DNA of 63,410 nucleotides from an uncultured Pseudomonadota bacterium (GTDB lineage Bacteria; Pseudomonadota; Alphaproteobacteria; Rs-D84): NCBI GenBank assembly GCA_902774305.1, contig CACYHY010000002.1, positions 1 to 63,410 of the forward strand, read 5' to 3'. Shown piece by piece: positions 62,736 to 63,410 of this stretch (position 1 is its first letter; each line of letters starts with the position of its first letter). The notes under the pieces were generated by a model. It saw only the letters and a program-made list of their open reading frames with translations, ran no database searches and was not told where the DNA came from. The position numbers and the translations under genes were made by a program.

Positions 62736-63410
62736 ATTATTTGTTTTATCGTGGCTGTGAAATACTTCGCGGATTAAAAATATACAAGTATCACGAACGG
62801 CATCACGTCCAGCATCCAGATATTTGCGCGGATTAAAGTTTTCTGGATGTTTATGTAAATCTTTACGAATTGCAGCTGTTGTTGCTAATCGCAGGTCGCT
62901 GTCTATATTTATTTTGCATATATTTGTTTTGGTCGCAGCAAATCTTAATTGTTCAATATCGATGCCCATTGCGTTTTGAATGTTTCCGCCAAATTTGTTG
63001 ATTTCATCAACTAAATATTCAGGAATACTGGATGCACCATGTAAAACAAGTGGTGTGTTTGGGATTTTTTCTTGGATTGCTTTCAAAATATCGAAGTTCC
63101 GATTGCAACAGCCAGTGAATCTGTGTTGGTGTCGTGGACGAATTTTTCGGCTGTATCGGGATCTGTATAAATCGATTCGTTGCCAAAGGTATTTTCGTCT
63201 TCAAATCCGGATAATTGTCCAAGTTCGGATTCTACGGATACTCCGCGGGCGTGTGCGTATTGTGCAACGAAACGGGTTGCGTTGATATTTTTTTCTAAAT
63301 CATATTTACTAAAATCAAGCATTACGCTGGAAAATCCGATGTTTATTGCATGCATACATGATTCAATAGAAGACCCGTGATCCAAATGTAGACTGATTTG
63401 TTCTTCGGGG
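62733..63410 (-). pseudogene. fba: class II fructose-bisphosphate aldolase, disrupted (internal deletion plus frameshift); 5' end outside the window
   Basis: Upstream frame reads ...SLHLDHGSS...AVAIGTSIF*. Downstream frame reads NFDILKAIQEKIPNTPLVLHGASS.... The HGxYKF..GEPxL block expected between GTS and (L)DFD is missing, and the frames differ (junction about 63083-63098). Confidence 0.7.

Noticed and set aside
1-63410. Mobile elements, prophage, defence islands (RM, CBASS, retron, TA) or a CRISPR-Cas locus
   Set aside because: No integrase, transposase, reverse transcriptase, nuclease/ATPase defence-type proteins, terminal inverted repeats of IS size, or repeat-spacer arrays were recognisable. 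The only mobility trace is the tRNA-Lys att-like duplication.

Overview
AT-rich, very gene-dense chromosomal window with about 65 protein-coding genes, 2 tRNAs, no rRNA, no CRISPR, and no recognisable transposase or integrase. It comes from a Gram-negative bacterium with compact genes. Lpt, LolA, Tat, AsmA, OmpA/Omp25-like and secretin genes indicate an outer membrane. rpsT lies near dnaA, dnaN is unlinked from dnaA, and gatCAB and a SPOR-domain protein are present. Together these suggest a reduced, possibly host- or gut-associated Alphaproteobacteria-like lineage, but that is inference only.

Most of the window is housekeeping: trmB, gltX, thrS, tatA/B/C, dksA, trxA, sufS/E and sufB/C, ftsI, recJ, nrnA-like, lolA, nlpD-like, lptB/C, miaB, gatCAB, ruvX, rpsT, plsY, dprA, dnaA, parE, dnaJ, pgsA, uvrC, rluC, cdaA, dnaN and efp.

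Lineage-specific items sit between these genes:
- A GC-rich structured leader between a consensus promoter and a P-type cation ATPase. A 13-nt long-range helix competes with a terminator, so it is a candidate new riboswitch or attenuator.
- A translationally coupled pair of exported proteins. The second carries a Tlde1/YkuD-like L,D-transpeptidase-fold C-terminus.
- A stand-alone TcpQ/PilL-like plus PilN-class lipoprotein secretin operon, with an orphan type IV pilin-like gene elsewhere.
- A family of exported proteins with Cys-rich and glycine-zipper segments. One member is split at an A_AAA_AAA -1 slippery site.
- A duplicated tRNA-Lys 3' end that looks like an att-type scar.
- Unknown genes wedged inside the gatC-gatA-gatB cluster.
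- Signs of gene decay: fba has an internal deletion plus frameshift, and efp has an internal in-frame deletion.

All family calls rest on motif recognition by eye. No database search was run.
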